A DNA stretch of 64,000 nt, taken from assembly GCA_963727525.1 (NCBI GenBank), contig CAVSGO010000007.1, positions 224,001 through 288,000 on the forward strand. Direction: 5' to 3'. The notes under the pieces were generated by a model, which searched no databases, was not told the origin of the DNA, and saw only the letters and a list, made by a program, of their open reading frames with translations. Shown in pieces: positions 16,902-27,522 of this stretch (the stretch's first letter is position 1; each line of letters begins with the position of its first letter). This DNA is from an uncultured bacterium (GTDB lineage: Bacteria > Krumholzibacteriota > Krumholzibacteriia > LZORAL124-64-63). A program made the position numbers and the translations under genes.

Positions 16902-18572
16902 CTAGTAGGCGAACCCGGAGCCGCCGATGAATTCGCGCAGCAGCGACGTTGGCGGCACCTCCCGCGCATCGATCGGCAGCAACGTGGCAAGCAGGTCGAT
17001 GAGGCCGCGTGCCGTCCCGTAGTTGGGATCGTCGATGCCCACCGCGGCCAGTCGCGGTTCTGCCCAGAGTTTGAGCACCGCCAGTTCGTACGCGAGGCCA
17101 GAATTGAAGAAGATGTCGGCCTGGTCCTGGAACGGGAAGATGTGCTTTTCCTCGCCAACGCGGACGCGAGGCCAGCGCGCCAGGGTGTCGCTGGCCGTGT
17201 AGCCGCGGAATTGCGCGTCACGTACGATGCGGCGGAACAGGCGCGTACGCGAGGTGCGGATGTAGCTGGTGTTGTCGACGTTCATGTGGCACAGCGCGGA
17301 AACGTACACGAGCAGCTTGTTGCGCATGTCCACTGCCTCGCTCAGGCGTGGATTGAGTGCGTGGATGCCCTCGACGATGAGCGGCTGACCGCGCTCGAGC
17401 ATCACGGTGCTTTTGCGCACCGTGCTCGTGCCCGTGTGGAAGTCGTACTCCGGCAGGTGCACGGGCTCGCCGGCCAGCAGGGCATGCAGGTGCTCGTTGA
17501 AGAGGTCGAGGCGCAAGGCGTTCAGGGCCTCGAAATCGTAGTCGCCGTCGGAGGTCCGGGGGGTGTGTTCGCGATCGACGAAGTAGTCGTCGAGGCTCAG
17601 GGCGAACGGGCGCAGCCCGAGCACGCGCATCTGCAGCGACAGGCGCTTGGCGAAGGTGGTCTTGCCGCTGCTCGATGGGCCGGCCACCAGCACGAGGCGG
17701 CCGTCCGCCGGCAGGTCGGCCACCTGCTGGGCGGCTTCCACGAAGACCCGGGCGTGGCGAGCCTCGCTGATCTGGATGAGGTCGCCGGTGTTGCCCTGGA
17801 CGATGTAGCGGTTGAGGTGCCCGACGTCCTGGAGACCGATGGCGTCGAGCCAGTCGGCGTATTCGCGCATGGTGGCGAGCAGCTTGGGCTGCCGCGTCGG
17901 CTCGAGCAGTTTCTCCGGATTGCCCGGCGGCCCCACCTGGAGGATGAAGCCCGGAGTCTCAGGTACCAGCCGGAAGGCGCGAACGAAGCCGGTGGAGGGT
18001 AGCTGGCGTCCGTAGAACAGGTGAGACACGCCCTCGATGCGGTAGAGCTGGAGGGAGTCGCGCCGCAGGTACTGAGCGAGCTGGGTCTCCGCGGGCTTGC
18101 CCTGGGCTCGGGCCAGCTTGATGAGCGTGCGCAGGCCGTAGGTGTGGGGGATGATGGGCAGATCCGCCGCCGCGATCTCCCGCATGCGGACATCGAGGGC
18201 CGTGATGTCCTCTGGCGTGAGGGCGTCCCGGCCGCGCAGGCGGCAGTGGACGCCGCGTCCATAGCTGAACTCGGTGCGCAGTTCGGCTTGGGGGAAGAGC
18301 TGCTCGACGGCGGCCTGGAGGAGGAAGATCACGGCCCGCTGGATGGTCGGCTGGACCCGACGGTCGCGTAGGTGGTATAGGCGCACCTCCTCGCCGCCCA
18401 TGAGAGGCTCGTGGAGGTCGGTGCGGCGGCCGTTGACCGAGGCCATGGCCACCGGATTCTCGGCCCTGGCGTCGGCTTCGCCCGTAGACCGCAGGATCTG
18501 CAGGAGTGTGACGCCGGGTTCGATCTCGCGTTTCTTGCCGTCGATCTCGATGGCTGCGGTCACGATGGCCAT
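16902..18572 (-). CDS. Nucleoside/uridine kinase with N-terminal TGS/ThrRS-like domains
   Basis: AGPSSSGKTTF, SLDDYF, IVEGIHALNP, RRIVRD..FRG, SLLREFIGGS. Confidence 0.85.
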   Translation of the reverse strand: MAIVTAAIEIDGKKREIEPGVTLLQILRSTGEADARAENPVAMASVNGRRTDLHEPLMGGEEVRLYHLRDRRVQPTIQRAVIFLLQAAVEQLFPQAELRTEFSYGRGVHCRLRGRDALTPEDITALDVRMREIAAADLPIIPHTYGLRTLIKLARAQGKPAETQLAQYLRRDSLQLYRIEGVSHLFYGRQLPSTGFVRAFRLVPETPGFILQVGPPGNPEKLLEPTRQPKLLATMREYADWLDAIGLQDVGHLNRYIVQGNTGDLIQISEARHARVFVEAAQQVADLPADGRLVLVAGPSSSGKTTFAKRLSLQMRVLGLRPFALSLDDYFVDREHTPRTSDGDYDFEALNALRLDLFNEHLHALLAGEPVHLPEYDFHTGTSTVRKSTVMLERGQPLIVEGIHALNPRLSEAVDMRNKLLVYVSALCHMNVDNTSYIRTSRTRLFRRIVRDAQFRGYTASDTLARWPRVRVGEEKHIFPFQDQADIFFNSGLAYELAVLKLWAEPRLAAVGIDDPNYGTARGLIDLLATLLPIDAREVPPTSLLREFIGGSGFAY

Positions 18573-18614
18573 ACGGGCAACTCCCCGCGCCGCGGCCTCC
18601 CGCGGCGCCGTCTA

Positions 18615-18929
18615 CTACTGCGGCTTGTCAGGCGCGGCCGTCTTGCTATCATTGGCAGCGGGAGGGCTGGCAGGCTTGTCGCCGGCCGCTGCGTCGGTCT
18701 TGTTGAGTTCGGGCGTCGCTGACCCGGATTTCGCCGGTCCCGCGGCCTGGCTGCGGGAATCGTTGACGTAGAAGCCGCTGCCCTTGAAGACGATCCCCAT
18801 GCCGCCGCTGATGAGGCGGCGCACCTTCCCGCGGCAACGCGGGCAGCGCTGGCGCGGCGGGGCGCTCATCGGGGCCTCTTCCTCGAAGGTGTGGTTGCAC
18901 TTGGTGCACTCATATTCGTAAGTCGGCAC
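18615..18929 (-). CDS. FmdB family zinc-ribbon protein
   Basis: MPTYEYECTKC...CPRC...FKGSGFYVND. Confidence 0.9.
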   Translation of the reverse strand: MPTYEYECTKCNHTFEEEAPMSAPPRQRCPRCRGKVRRLISGGMGIVFKGSGFYVNDSRSQAAGPAKSGSATPELNKTDAAAGDKPASPPAANDSKTAAPDKPQ

Positions 18930-19118
18930 GCTGATTCACCTCGGCAGACGACGGCAAGAACCGTTGACGACTCGACAAGCGGAATCCGGATGCTCCCGAT
19001 CCGGGCCGCAACCGGACGGCCGGACAATATCGCCTCCAGTGCCGGAAGGCGCCAGAATTAGGGGATCCAGCCAATGGGATCCGCGGCGCCGGGATGTCAA
19101 ACGAAGGAAGGTCACGAG

Positions 19119-20120
19119 ATGAGAATCGCCATCAATGGATTCGGTCGCATCGGCCGCGCGGTCTACCGCATCCTGCATGAGCGCCAGGATGTCGAGGTCG
19201 TGGCCGTCAACGATCTCTTCGACCCGGCCGCCCTCGTCCACATGCTGCGGTACGATTCGGTGATGGGCCGCTTCGGCCGCCCGGCGACACTCGACGGCGA
19301 TACCCTGAAGACTGACCGATTCGCGACGAAGATCATGGCGCAGAAAGACCCGAAGGCGTTGCCGTGGAAGGAGCTGAAGGTCGATTTCGTGGTGGAGTCG
19401 ACCGGTGTATTTCGCAAGCGCGAGCAGTGCTTGATGCACGTGGAAGCCGGGGCTCGCAAGGTGCTGCTCACGGTACCGTCCAAGGACGAGATCGATGCCA
19501 CCATCGTCCTCGGCGTGAACAACAGTGAACTCAAGCCCGAGCATCGCGTCGTCTCCAACGCATCGTGCACGACGAACTGCCTGGCGCCGCTGGCCTACGT
19601 CATCGACAAGGAGTTCGGAATCGAACGCGGCCTGATGACCACGACCCACGCCTACACCAACGACCAGCGCCTCGTCGACATGCCGCACAGCGATCTGCGC
19701 CGCGCCCGCGCCGCCGCGATGAGCATCATCCCGACGACGACCGGCGCGGCCCGCGCCGTGGGCAAGGTGCTCCCGCAACTGAGCGGCAAGCTCGACGGTA
19801 TGGCCATGCGCGTGCCCACGATCGACGGTTCGGTGGTCGATCTGGTGGCCATCCTCAAGAAATCGGCCACGGCCGAGGAGATCAACGCGGCGGTGAAGGC
19901 GGCCGCCGCCACGCCGCAGCTCAAGGGCATCCTCGAGTACTGCGAGGATCCGATCGTATCCGTGGACGTGGTCGGCAACCCGCACAGCAGCGTCTTCGAT
20001 GCGCTCAGTACCACCGTGATCACCGGCAACATGGTCAAGCTCATCAGCTGGTACGACAACGAGTGGGGCTACAGCAACCGCGTCTGCGATCTGCTCCAGT
20101 TCATGCACAAGGTCGGTTGA
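19119..20120 (+). CDS. gap: Type I glyceraldehyde-3-phosphate dehydrogenase
   Basis: INGFGRIGR, SNASCTTNCLAP, IIPTTTGAA, SWYDNEWGYSNR. Confidence 0.97.
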   Translation: MRIAINGFGRIGRAVYRILHERQDVEVVAVNDLFDPAALVHMLRYDSVMGRFGRPATLDGDTLKTDRFATKIMAQKDPKALPWKELKVDFVVESTGVFRKREQCLMHVEAGARKVLLTVPSKDEIDATIVLGVNNSELKPEHRVVSNASCTTNCLAPLAYVIDKEFGIERGLMTTTHAYTNDQRLVDMPHSDLRRARAAAMSIIPTTTGAARAVGKVLPQLSGKLDGMAMRVPTIDGSVVDLVAILKKSATAEEINAAVKAAAATPQLKGILEYCEDPIVSVDVVGNPHSSVFDALSTTVITGNMVKLISWYDNEWGYSNRVCDLLQFMHKVG

Positions 20121-20145
20121 TCCGGAATCGCCCGTATCCGGTCGT

Positions 20146-20175
20146 GCGGCGCGGGGCCTCGGCCTCGCGCCGTTT
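20146..20175 (+). terminator. Terminator hairpin after gap
   Basis: GCGGCGCGGGGCC/GGCCTCGCGCCGT stem (with G-U pairs) followed by a short T run. Confidence 0.55.
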
Positions 20176-20245
20176 GCATTCCCGGCCTAAACGGAGTAGA
20201 ATCAACGGACATTTCACGCCCCGTCCGTTGCCAAGGAGCCATGCG

Positions 20246-22252
20246 ATGCGTCGCGTCTGTCTGTCCATTCTCATCGTGCTCGCCTTCGCGTTCGCCGCCT
20301 CGGCCCAGGTCATCCCCTACGCGCTTCCGCCAGACGCGAGCCCGGTGCCGCCGCGGCGGGCAGAAGATCTGTGGCGGTTCAACGAGGCAATGCTGAAGGG
20401 CCGCTTCGTCGAGAAGATGCTCACCACCGACGCCGGCGCCACGCCCAACATGGATCTCTACGACGCCACCTGGTACGGCCTCGACCTCATGGTCGACCCG
20501 ACGGCCCACCAGGTCAGCGGCACGGTGACGATGCGGGTCACCGTCACGGGCGCCTCGCTCGCCACCCTCGACCTGCACCTGGCCGCGGGCATGACCGTCG
20601 ATGGGATCGCGACGGGGGCCACGCCTCTTTCCTTCACGCGGGTGGGCGAGGTGGTCACCGCCACGCTCGATCGCGCCTACACCCAGGGCGAGGACGTCAG
20701 TCTCGCAGTCACCTATCACGGCAATCCCGCGGGCGACGCTTTCGGCTGGAGTTCCATCAGCGGGCAGACCCTGGTCTGGACATTGAGCGAGCCCTACGGC
20801 GCGCGCACCTGGTGGCCGTGCAAGGATCTCAATGCCGACAAGGCCGACTCGGCCGACGTCACCATCACCGTGCCGCAGAACCTCATCGTGGCCAGCAACG
20901 GCCGCCTCGTCTCGCAGACGACGAACGGCGGCTGGGCCACGTATCACTGGCACGAGCAGTACCGCATTTCGACCTATCTGATCTCATTCGCCGCACACCC
21001 CTACGTGGTCTTCTCCGAGTATTACCACTACTCGCCCACGGACTCGATGGAGGTGCGTAATTTCGTGTCGCCATCTTACGAGTCGCAGGCGCGAACCGGA
21101 TACGCGGCGGTTCCGCAGATGATCGGCGTGTTCGCCGGCGCCTATGGCGAGTACCCGTTCATTGCCGAGAAGTATGGCCATGCGCACTTCACGTGGGGCG
21201 GCGGCATGGAACACCAGACATGCTCGAGCATGTCCTATGGCTATTACGCCGACACCTTCATAGCCCACGAGCTGTCGCACCAGTGGTGGGGCGATATGGT
21301 CACCTGCGCCGATTTCCATCACATCTGGTTGAACGAGGGATTCGCGACCTGGAGCGAGGCCTACTGGCGGGAGCAGCACGAAGGCGAGGCCGCGTATCGC
21401 GACGAGATGGCGGCCGCCGAGTATTACGGCGCCGGCACGGTCATCGTCGAGGACCCGGGCGACTTCAACGGCATCTTCGACTACAACCTATCGTACCTCA
21501 AGGCGAGCTGGGTGGTACACATGCTGCGCGGCGTGCTCGGCGACGACGACTTCTTCGCCGGCCTCGCGCTCTATCGCCAGCAGCACGAGTATGACGTGGC
21601 TACCACCGAGGATCTCCAGGCGGCGCTGGAGGCCGTCTCGGGACGCGACCTCGGTGCATTCTTTCAGCAGTGGATCTATGGCGAGTACTTTCCACAGTAT
21701 GCCTACTCATACGCGGTGACGCCGCAGGGCGGACAGTACCTCGTACAGGTGCGGATCGAGCAGACGCAGACCAATGCCGGTGTCTTCGTCATGCCCATCG
21801 ATCTGAAATTCACGACTTTCAACGGCGCGGTTCGCCGTCGCGTGGAGAACGACCAGCGCGTGCAATATTACAGCTTCTTGCTGAATGCGAACGTGCAGGG
21901 CGCCGCCTTCGATCCCGACCACTGGATCCTCGCGCAGGTCACGCAGGTGGCGCCCACGGCTGTCGGACCCCCCGACCTCGCGGCGAATCTGAGCGCTTAT
22001 CCGAATCCGTTCAATCCCGCCACGAACCTTCGCTTCACGGTGCCTACGGCAGGGCCGGTGCAGCTGGCGATCTACGATGTGCGCGGGCACCATGTGCGCA
22101 CCCTGTTGCACGAGGAACACCCGGCTGGTGCGGGCACTATTCGCTGGGACGGCGCCGATGACGCCGGCCGCGCCCTCGCCTCCGGCACGTACTATGCGCG
22201 ACTCGTGGCTGGAGCGAGCCGGTCGGTCACCAGCCTCGTTCTCGTGCGCTGA
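20246..22252 (+). CDS. Secreted M1 aminopeptidase with C-terminal FlgD-Ig/T9SS-CTD-like domain
   Basis: Signal peptide; GGMEHQT, AHELSHQWWGD...WLNEGFA; C-terminal PNPFNP...YDVRG..VRTL...WDG..ASGTY. Confidence 0.92.
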   Translation: MRRVCLSILIVLAFAFAASAQVIPYALPPDASPVPPRRAEDLWRFNEAMLKGRFVEKMLTTDAGATPNMDLYDATWYGLDLMVDPTAHQVSGTVTMRVTVTGASLATLDLHLAAGMTVDGIATGATPLSFTRVGEVVTATLDRAYTQGEDVSLAVTYHGNPAGDAFGWSSISGQTLVWTLSEPYGARTWWPCKDLNADKADSADVTITVPQNLIVASNGRLVSQTTNGGWATYHWHEQYRISTYLISFAAHPYVVFSEYYHYSPTDSMEVRNFVSPSYESQARTGYAAVPQMIGVFAGAYGEYPFIAEKYGHAHFTWGGGMEHQTCSSMSYGYYADTFIAHELSHQWWGDMVTCADFHHIWLNEGFATWSEAYWREQHEGEAAYRDEMAAAEYYGAGTVIVEDPGDFNGIFDYNLSYLKASWVVHMLRGVLGDDDFFAGLALYRQQHEYDVATTEDLQAALEAVSGRDLGAFFQQWIYGEYFPQYAYSYAVTPQGGQYLVQVRIEQTQTNAGVFVMPIDLKFTTFNGAVRRRVENDQRVQYYSFLLNANVQGAAFDPDHWILAQVTQVAPTAVGPPDLAANLSAYPNPFNPATNLRFTVPTAGPVQLAIYDVRGHHVRTLLHEEHPAGAGTIRWDGADDAGRALASGTYYARLVAGASRSVTSLVLVR

Positions 22253-22308
22253 CCGACAGGCAACGGGAGCAATCGGTAGACGGACACAATCGGCACACGG
22301 AGGCCCCC

Positions 22309-23301
22309 ATGGATGCTCGCCATCGTCTCGATGAGATCTCCCGCGGGTACCAGGACGCGATTGTCCTGATCACCGCGAATCACCTCGGCGTGCTGGCGGC
22401 TCTGGCTGGCGGGCCCCGGACGCCGTCCGCTCTGGCAACCGAGTTGCAGCTCGATGGTCGTGCGCTGGCAGTGGTGTTGCACGGCCTGGCCGCGATCGGC
22501 GTACTCGACCGCCGCGAGGACGGGCATTTCCAGCTGAACGCGGCCTTCGCGCCCCTGCTGACGCCGGGGAATCCCCAGACGATCACCAGCATGCTGAGCC
22601 ACCACTACCACCTGCTCGCGCGCTGGGTCCAGCTACCGGACGTGCTGCGCTCGGGCCGGCCGGCCGACGTCGGCGAGCATTCGCCTGGTGCGTTGCGGGC
22701 GTTCATCTGTGGGATGCGCGACGTCTCGCGCCGTTCCAGCCGCGAGGTCGCCGATACGGTGCCGGAAATTGGCGCGTGCAGTCGCCTGCTCGACCTGGGC
22801 GGTGGCCCGGGCACCAGCGCCCTCACATTCTGCGACCGCTGGGAGTCGTTGCATGCCGTGGTCTTCGATCTGCCCGAAGTCGTACCCATCGCGCGCGAGG
22901 AAATCGCGGCGGCGAACCTTGCCGATCGCGTGACGACTCTCGCCGGCGACTACCTCGAGGATCCCCTGATCGCCGACGGCGAACCGCTCTACGATGCGGT
23001 CTATCTGTCCAACATCATCCACAGCCTCGATGATGCGCAGACGCACGCGCTGCTCGCGCGGGCCGTGGCGGCGCTCGCGCCCGGCGGATTGCTCGTGGTG
23101 AAGGACTTCTTCCTGTCCGAGTCGCGTACCGCGCCGGCCCAGGCGGCGCGATTCGCCGTCAACATGCTGGTGAACACGCCGGGCGGAAAGTCCTACACCT
23201 GGACGGAGGTGGAGACCATGCTCGCGGATCTGGGCGTCGCGGAACCCAGCCGGCGCCCGGTGGCGATCGCCAGCGGCTTGCTGGTGGCTCGGCGGTCCTG
23301 A
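22309..23301 (+). CDS. SAM-dependent O-methyltransferase (class II, with dimerisation domain)
   Basis: LLDLGGGPG, VFDLPEV, AGDY, LSNIIH, N-terminal wHTH-like dimerisation region. Confidence 0.9.
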   Translation: MDARHRLDEISRGYQDAIVLITANHLGVLAALAGGPRTPSALATELQLDGRALAVVLHGLAAIGVLDRREDGHFQLNAAFAPLLTPGNPQTITSMLSHHYHLLARWVQLPDVLRSGRPADVGEHSPGALRAFICGMRDVSRRSSREVADTVPEIGACSRLLDLGGGPGTSALTFCDRWESLHAVVFDLPEVVPIAREEIAAANLADRVTTLAGDYLEDPLIADGEPLYDAVYLSNIIHSLDDAQTHALLARAVAALAPGGLLVVKDFFLSESRTAPAQAARFAVNMLVNTPGGKSYTWTEVETMLADLGVAEPSRRPVAIASGLLVARRS

Positions 23302-23382
23302 CGTCCGCGAGACGATTCATCAACTCCGGCGCGGATCGGCCGATCATTCCTGGAGGGACCACCGTTCCGGGAGCTGATCCGC

Positions 23383-26300
23383 ATGCTGCGTCACGCCTTC
23401 GTCGCCGCCGTGCTTCTGGCCCTCGTCTGGGGGCTGGCGTTACCCGTGCTCCGCGAGCCCGCGCCGCCGGATGCGTTGGTGCCGACGCCCGTGACGCGGT
23501 CGGCAACCATCACGCGGATCGCGACCACGGGTACCACCTCGCCGCGCCAGGCGCCCGCGGTCGGCACCCTCGCGGCGAGCGGACGCCACGGCTGGCCCGC
23601 GGTGCTGGCCCACGCTACGCGCCCCGGTGTCCGCCGCGCGGCCCGGCCGACGTGGCATGACGTCGCGGCGCGGGTCGTTCCGCCCGGCGATGCCCTCGGA
23701 CGGTTGCGAGATGCCCCACACCTGCGCCTGCGCGCCGCGCGGCCGGCGATGGAGGATACGCTGGCGGATACCGTCCGCGATCGCTCCCTGCCCTGGGCGG
23801 CCGACCGCCTGCTCGCCGATCCCACCCACATGAACGACGAGCACCTCGCTCTGGCGGCGAATCCGGCCACCGGCCACCTCTTCGCGGTGTGGGAGGCCTA
23901 CGACCTCGGCGGCACCGACCGCGACATCCACATCGCGCGCAGCACCGACGGCGGCCAGGTCTGGCAGACCTGGGAGATGCCGTCCTTCAGTCTCGACGAG
24001 GCCATGCCCGACCTCGCCGTCGACGCGAGCGGATATCTGCATGTGGTCTGGGTCCGCGACGACGGCGTGATCCTGCGCGCCCGCTCGGCCGGTCCGGAGG
24101 ACTGTCAGAACTGGTCCTGGGTGCAGGGCTTCACGGTGGGCGAACCGGTGTACACGCCTTCCATCGCCGTGTCCGGTGGCGGCGACTTCGCGAAGGTTTT
24201 CATCGCCTGCACCTGGGTCACCATCAACTACGACTGGTACCAGTACGAGGGCACGCTGTTGTGGCTGTACTCCACCAACGGCGGCGCCACCGTCAGCTAC
24301 AACTACCTGCAGCCTGACGGCTTCGAGGATCTGTGGCCCGACGTCGCCTTCACCGGCACGCGCGTGATCATGCTCAATGGCGAGGCCGATCCGTACAGTG
24401 GCCGCGTGCGCATTCTCGCGGCTGGCGACGCCATGAGCGGCACGTTCGGCGACTTCGTCGACCTCAGCGCCACCACCCCCATGAGTTGTGGCTTTCCCGG
24501 CGTCGCCTGCGATGGCGACGGGGTCTACATGACCTACCAGCTCGACTGGGACGACGGCCTCGGCAACGTTGACGGCGACATCATGTACGCCTTCTCCTGG
24601 GACGGGCTCGCCACCGTCTACGGGCCCTACGAGATGATGGCGACCACCAGTGAGAGCGTGGGACCGGCGATCTATGCGCGCGACGGCATGGTGGGCTGCC
24701 TGTGGCTGGAGGCGCCGCCGGGTGGCGACGAGTTCGACCTCGCCGCGCGGCAGGCCGGTAGCGACGGCCATCCCGACGCCTGGGGCGACATGGAGATCGT
24801 CACCGACCAGCCGCGCGTGGAGCCGCGATTCCGCTCGGTCGCCGGCGCAGTGGGGCCGCTCGGCCTGAACGCCGCCTGGGTCGACCGGCGCGACTTCCCC
24901 ACGCAGGGGCTGAACATCTACGCGAGCGACCGCGGCCTGGCGGCGGACCTCGGGCCGTTCGCGCCCGACGGCTGGGCGTCGCCCCTCGTCATCTCGATGG
25001 TGCCGGGGGCCAGGGAGGACGGGATCGTCGCCGCCGGCCAGACCGCCTACGTGAGTTTCGGTCTGGCGAATCTCGGGCTCGCAGATGCCACGGCGACCGT
25101 CCAGGCGCAGCTGCGAATCGATGGCGACGTCGTCGGCACCTGGCAGATCGATGGCGGGCTCGCCGTGTCCACCTACGCGACCGTCGAGGACTGGTCGGTC
25201 GTGCTGCCCTCCGGGGCGCACACCCTCACGTTGTGGATCGATCCCGCCGACCTCGTGCCCGAGTCCGACGAGACGGATAACCTGCTCGACAAGGATATCT
25301 GGGTGATGACGGGGGCGGCCCAGCTCACGCTGTCGCCGACCCAACTGCGCTTCGACGTGACGCGGGAGCCTCCATGCCCCTTGCTGCTTCGCGACGCACC
25401 GGCACGGGCTGACCGGGTGGAGTCGCGGCTGGCCGCTGCTGTCGCGCGGGCCGTGCCCGGAGCGGCGCTGCGGGTCGTCATCACGCCCGCAACCCGTGTC
25501 GACATCCCCGCGCTCGTAGCGTCGCTCCAGGCACTGCCACCCGCAACGCGCCGCGAGGAAGCGGTCGGGGCGCTCCAGCTGCGGGCCGATGCTTTCGCGG
25601 CCACGCTCGTAGCGCGCGCCGGCGGCGGACGTGGCACGGCGGACCTGCACAACTGGCGCCCGCTGTGGCTCTCGGGCGAGGTGTGCGTCACCGCCACGCC
25701 GGCGGGGGTGGCCCAGCTCGCATCGTGGTCCGAGGTGGGGGCACTCTGGCTCGACGACCAGCTCAGCCAGCCGTTCTTCACACCCGGCCCGCGCAGCGAC
25801 GAACCGACCCGAACGCGGTGGTTCCAGAGTCTCGTGGGAGCCGACGCCGCCTGGGCCCAGGGCTTCGACGGCACCGGCATCCTCGTCGGTCACACCGACA
25901 GCGGCTGTGCCTACGACCATCCTGATCTCGCGGGCCATCTCTGGGACGGCGGCACCGCGTACCCGCATCACGGTTGGGACTGCCTGGACGAGGATGACGA
26001 TCCTTACGATGGCGACACCCAGTACTGGCACGGCACTCACACCGCCGGCCTCGTGGTCGGCTCGCTCACGGGTACGGCTCCCGGCGCGCGCCTCGTCGTC
26101 ACGCGCTGCGTGCCCGGATACTACGACGATCTCGTCGAGGCGCTCCAGTTCTGCCTCGACCACGGTTGCCGGCTCATCACCACGAGCGCGGGGTGGACCC
26201 AGCCCGGCGCGGCCCTCAAGGCCGCCAATCGAGCCAACGCCGAGGTTCTGCTCGCCCTCGGCATCCCCTGGTTCGTGGCGGCGGGCAACGGAGACAATCA

Positions 26301-27336
26301 GGGCGGCCACGTGGCCATCCCCGAGGACATCTCCTCGCCTGGCGACGGGCCCGAGCCGTGGTTCGGCGACGCCGGTCACGCAGCGGTACTCGCCGTCGGC
26401 GCCGTGACTCAGGCGCGCGTCGTGTGGAGTAGCAGCAGCCGCGGCCCCACGGCGTGGGGGGCGAACGATCAGGACTATGCCGATTATCCGTACCCGCCCG
26501 GGCTCGGGAAACCCGACCTCGCCGCGCCTGGCGCGAGCATCACCTCGACGATCGGCGGCGGCGGCTACGCCACCTATAGCGGCACCAGCATGGCCACGCC
26601 GCTGGCCGCCGGCTGCGCTGCCATCCTGCTTCAGGCCAACCCATATCTCACGCCGGCCGAGGTGGCGCAGGCGCTCGAGACGACGGCGAGCGATCTCGGC
26701 ACCAGCGGCCGCGACAACGACACGGGCGCCGGGCTCATCCAGGTGGCGACGGCCCTCACCATGTTGCCCGATTGCGATGCCCAGGCCGTCACGGTCACGA
26801 ATCGCGGCAATATCCCGCTGATCATCGACACGATCAGCTGGTCGGCCCCGTGGCTCGTCCTCGGTCCCACGAGCGGCGTCGTGCAGCCCGGCGACTCGCT
26901 CCGGGTGGTCGCCAGCGTCGATGCCGCCGGACTCGAGGACGGTCTCCACGCGACGAACGTCCGACTGTTCTCGAACGACCCGGCTTCGCCGGCCGACCTG
27001 CCCGTGACCCTGGCGTTCGGAAACGTCGTCGGTGTATCCGACACGGCGACGGCGATGACGCGCGCGGCCATCACCTGCCGGCCGAATCCGTTCAATCCCC
27101 GCACGACGGTGAACTTCGCGATGGTCCGGGCGGGAACCGCGAGGCTGGCCGTCTACGACCTGCGGGGCCGGCGCGTGCGCGTCCTCGTGCACGGCGAGGT
27201 GGCGGACGGCCTCCACAGCGTGGAGTGGGACGGGTGCGACGCGGAGGGCCGCGCCTGCGCCAGCGGCGTCTACGTGATGCGACTGGAGAGCGCACAGGCT
27301 GTGCTAGCCGTCGGCAAGGCCGTGCTCGTACGCTAG
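23383..27336 (+). CDS. Secreted multidomain S8 (subtilisin-like) peptidase: BNR/Asp-box region, CARDB-like Ig, prodomain, S8, Ig, FlgD/CTD
   Basis: Catalytic D (HTDSG), H (WHGTHTAG), N (AAGN), S (SGTSMATP); Asp boxes STDGGQVW and STNGGAT; DPADLVPESDETDN; PNPFNP C-terminal domain. Confidence 0.88.
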   Translation: MLRHAFVAAVLLALVWGLALPVLREPAPPDALVPTPVTRSATITRIATTGTTSPRQAPAVGTLAASGRHGWPAVLAHATRPGVRRAARPTWHDVAARVVPPGDALGRLRDAPHLRLRAARPAMEDTLADTVRDRSLPWAADRLLADPTHMNDEHLALAANPATGHLFAVWEAYDLGGTDRDIHIARSTDGGQVWQTWEMPSFSLDEAMPDLAVDASGYLHVVWVRDDGVILRARSAGPEDCQNWSWVQGFTVGEPVYTPSIAVSGGGDFAKVFIACTWVTINYDWYQYEGTLLWLYSTNGGATVSYNYLQPDGFEDLWPDVAFTGTRVIMLNGEADPYSGRVRILAAGDAMSGTFGDFVDLSATTPMSCGFPGVACDGDGVYMTYQLDWDDGLGNVDGDIMYAFSWDGLATVYGPYEMMATTSESVGPAIYARDGMVGCLWLEAPPGGDEFDLAARQAGSDGHPDAWGDMEIVTDQPRVEPRFRSVAGAVGPLGLNAAWVDRRDFPTQGLNIYASDRGLAADLGPFAPDGWASPLVISMVPGAREDGIVAAGQTAYVSFGLANLGLADATATVQAQLRIDGDVVGTWQIDGGLAVSTYATVEDWSVVLPSGAHTLTLWIDPADLVPESDETDNLLDKDIWVMTGAAQLTLSPTQLRFDVTREPPCPLLLRDAPARADRVESRLAAAVARAVPGAALRVVITPATRVDIPALVASLQALPPATRREEAVGALQLRADAFAATLVARAGGGRGTADLHNWRPLWLSGEVCVTATPAGVAQLASWSEVGALWLDDQLSQPFFTPGPRSDEPTRTRWFQSLVGADAAWAQGFDGTGILVGHTDSGCAYDHPDLAGHLWDGGTAYPHHGWDCLDEDDDPYDGDTQYWHGTHTAGLVVGSLTGTAPGARLVVTRCVPGYYDDLVEALQFCLDHGCRLITTSAGWTQPGAALKAANRANAEVLLALGIPWFVAAGNGDNQGGHVAIPEDISSPGDGPEPWFGDAGHAAVLAVGAVTQARVVWSSSSRGPTAWGANDQDYADYPYPPGLGKPDLAAPGASITSTIGGGGYATYSGTSMATPLAAGCAAILLQANPYLTPAEVAQALETTASDLGTSGRDNDTGAGLIQVATALTMLPDCDAQAVTVTNRGNIPLIIDTISWSAPWLVLGPTSGVVQPGDSLRVVASVDAAGLEDGLHATNVRLFSNDPASPADLPVTLAFGNVVGVSDTATAMTRAAITCRPNPFNPRTTVNFAMVRAGTARLAVYDLRGRRVRVLVHGEVADGLHSVEWDGCDAEGRACASGVYVMRLESAQAVLAVGKAVLVR

Positions 27337-27451
27337 GTGCGAGATCGACGACCTCCCATTCACGATGTTTCGTCCCTGGCGTATACACGCGTGGCCCCAC
27401 GTGCGCCGGATGAGCGAGTTCTGCCCTGCCTGGTGCTGCCCAGCCTGGAGA

Positions 27452-27480
27452 TTGAATCGGTGGTCCCGCTCTGCTAGAGT
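27452..27480 (+). promoter_or_regulatory. Putative sigma70 promoter
   Basis: TTGAAT-17nt-TAGAGT with an extended TG, upstream of the GGAGG RBS of the 27523 gene. Confidence 0.5.
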
Positions 27481-27522
27481 GAAACAGGGGGTGTTCCTTG
27501 ACGCCGAACGCCGGAGGCGCGC

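Noticed and set aside
23440-27216. 1258-aa antisense ORF, and similar long ones at 32500-34365, 57160-59025, 58623-60350 and 11687-13297
   Set aside because: They lie opposite well-supported genes and have no motifs. Such shadow ORFs are expected from high-GC codon bias.
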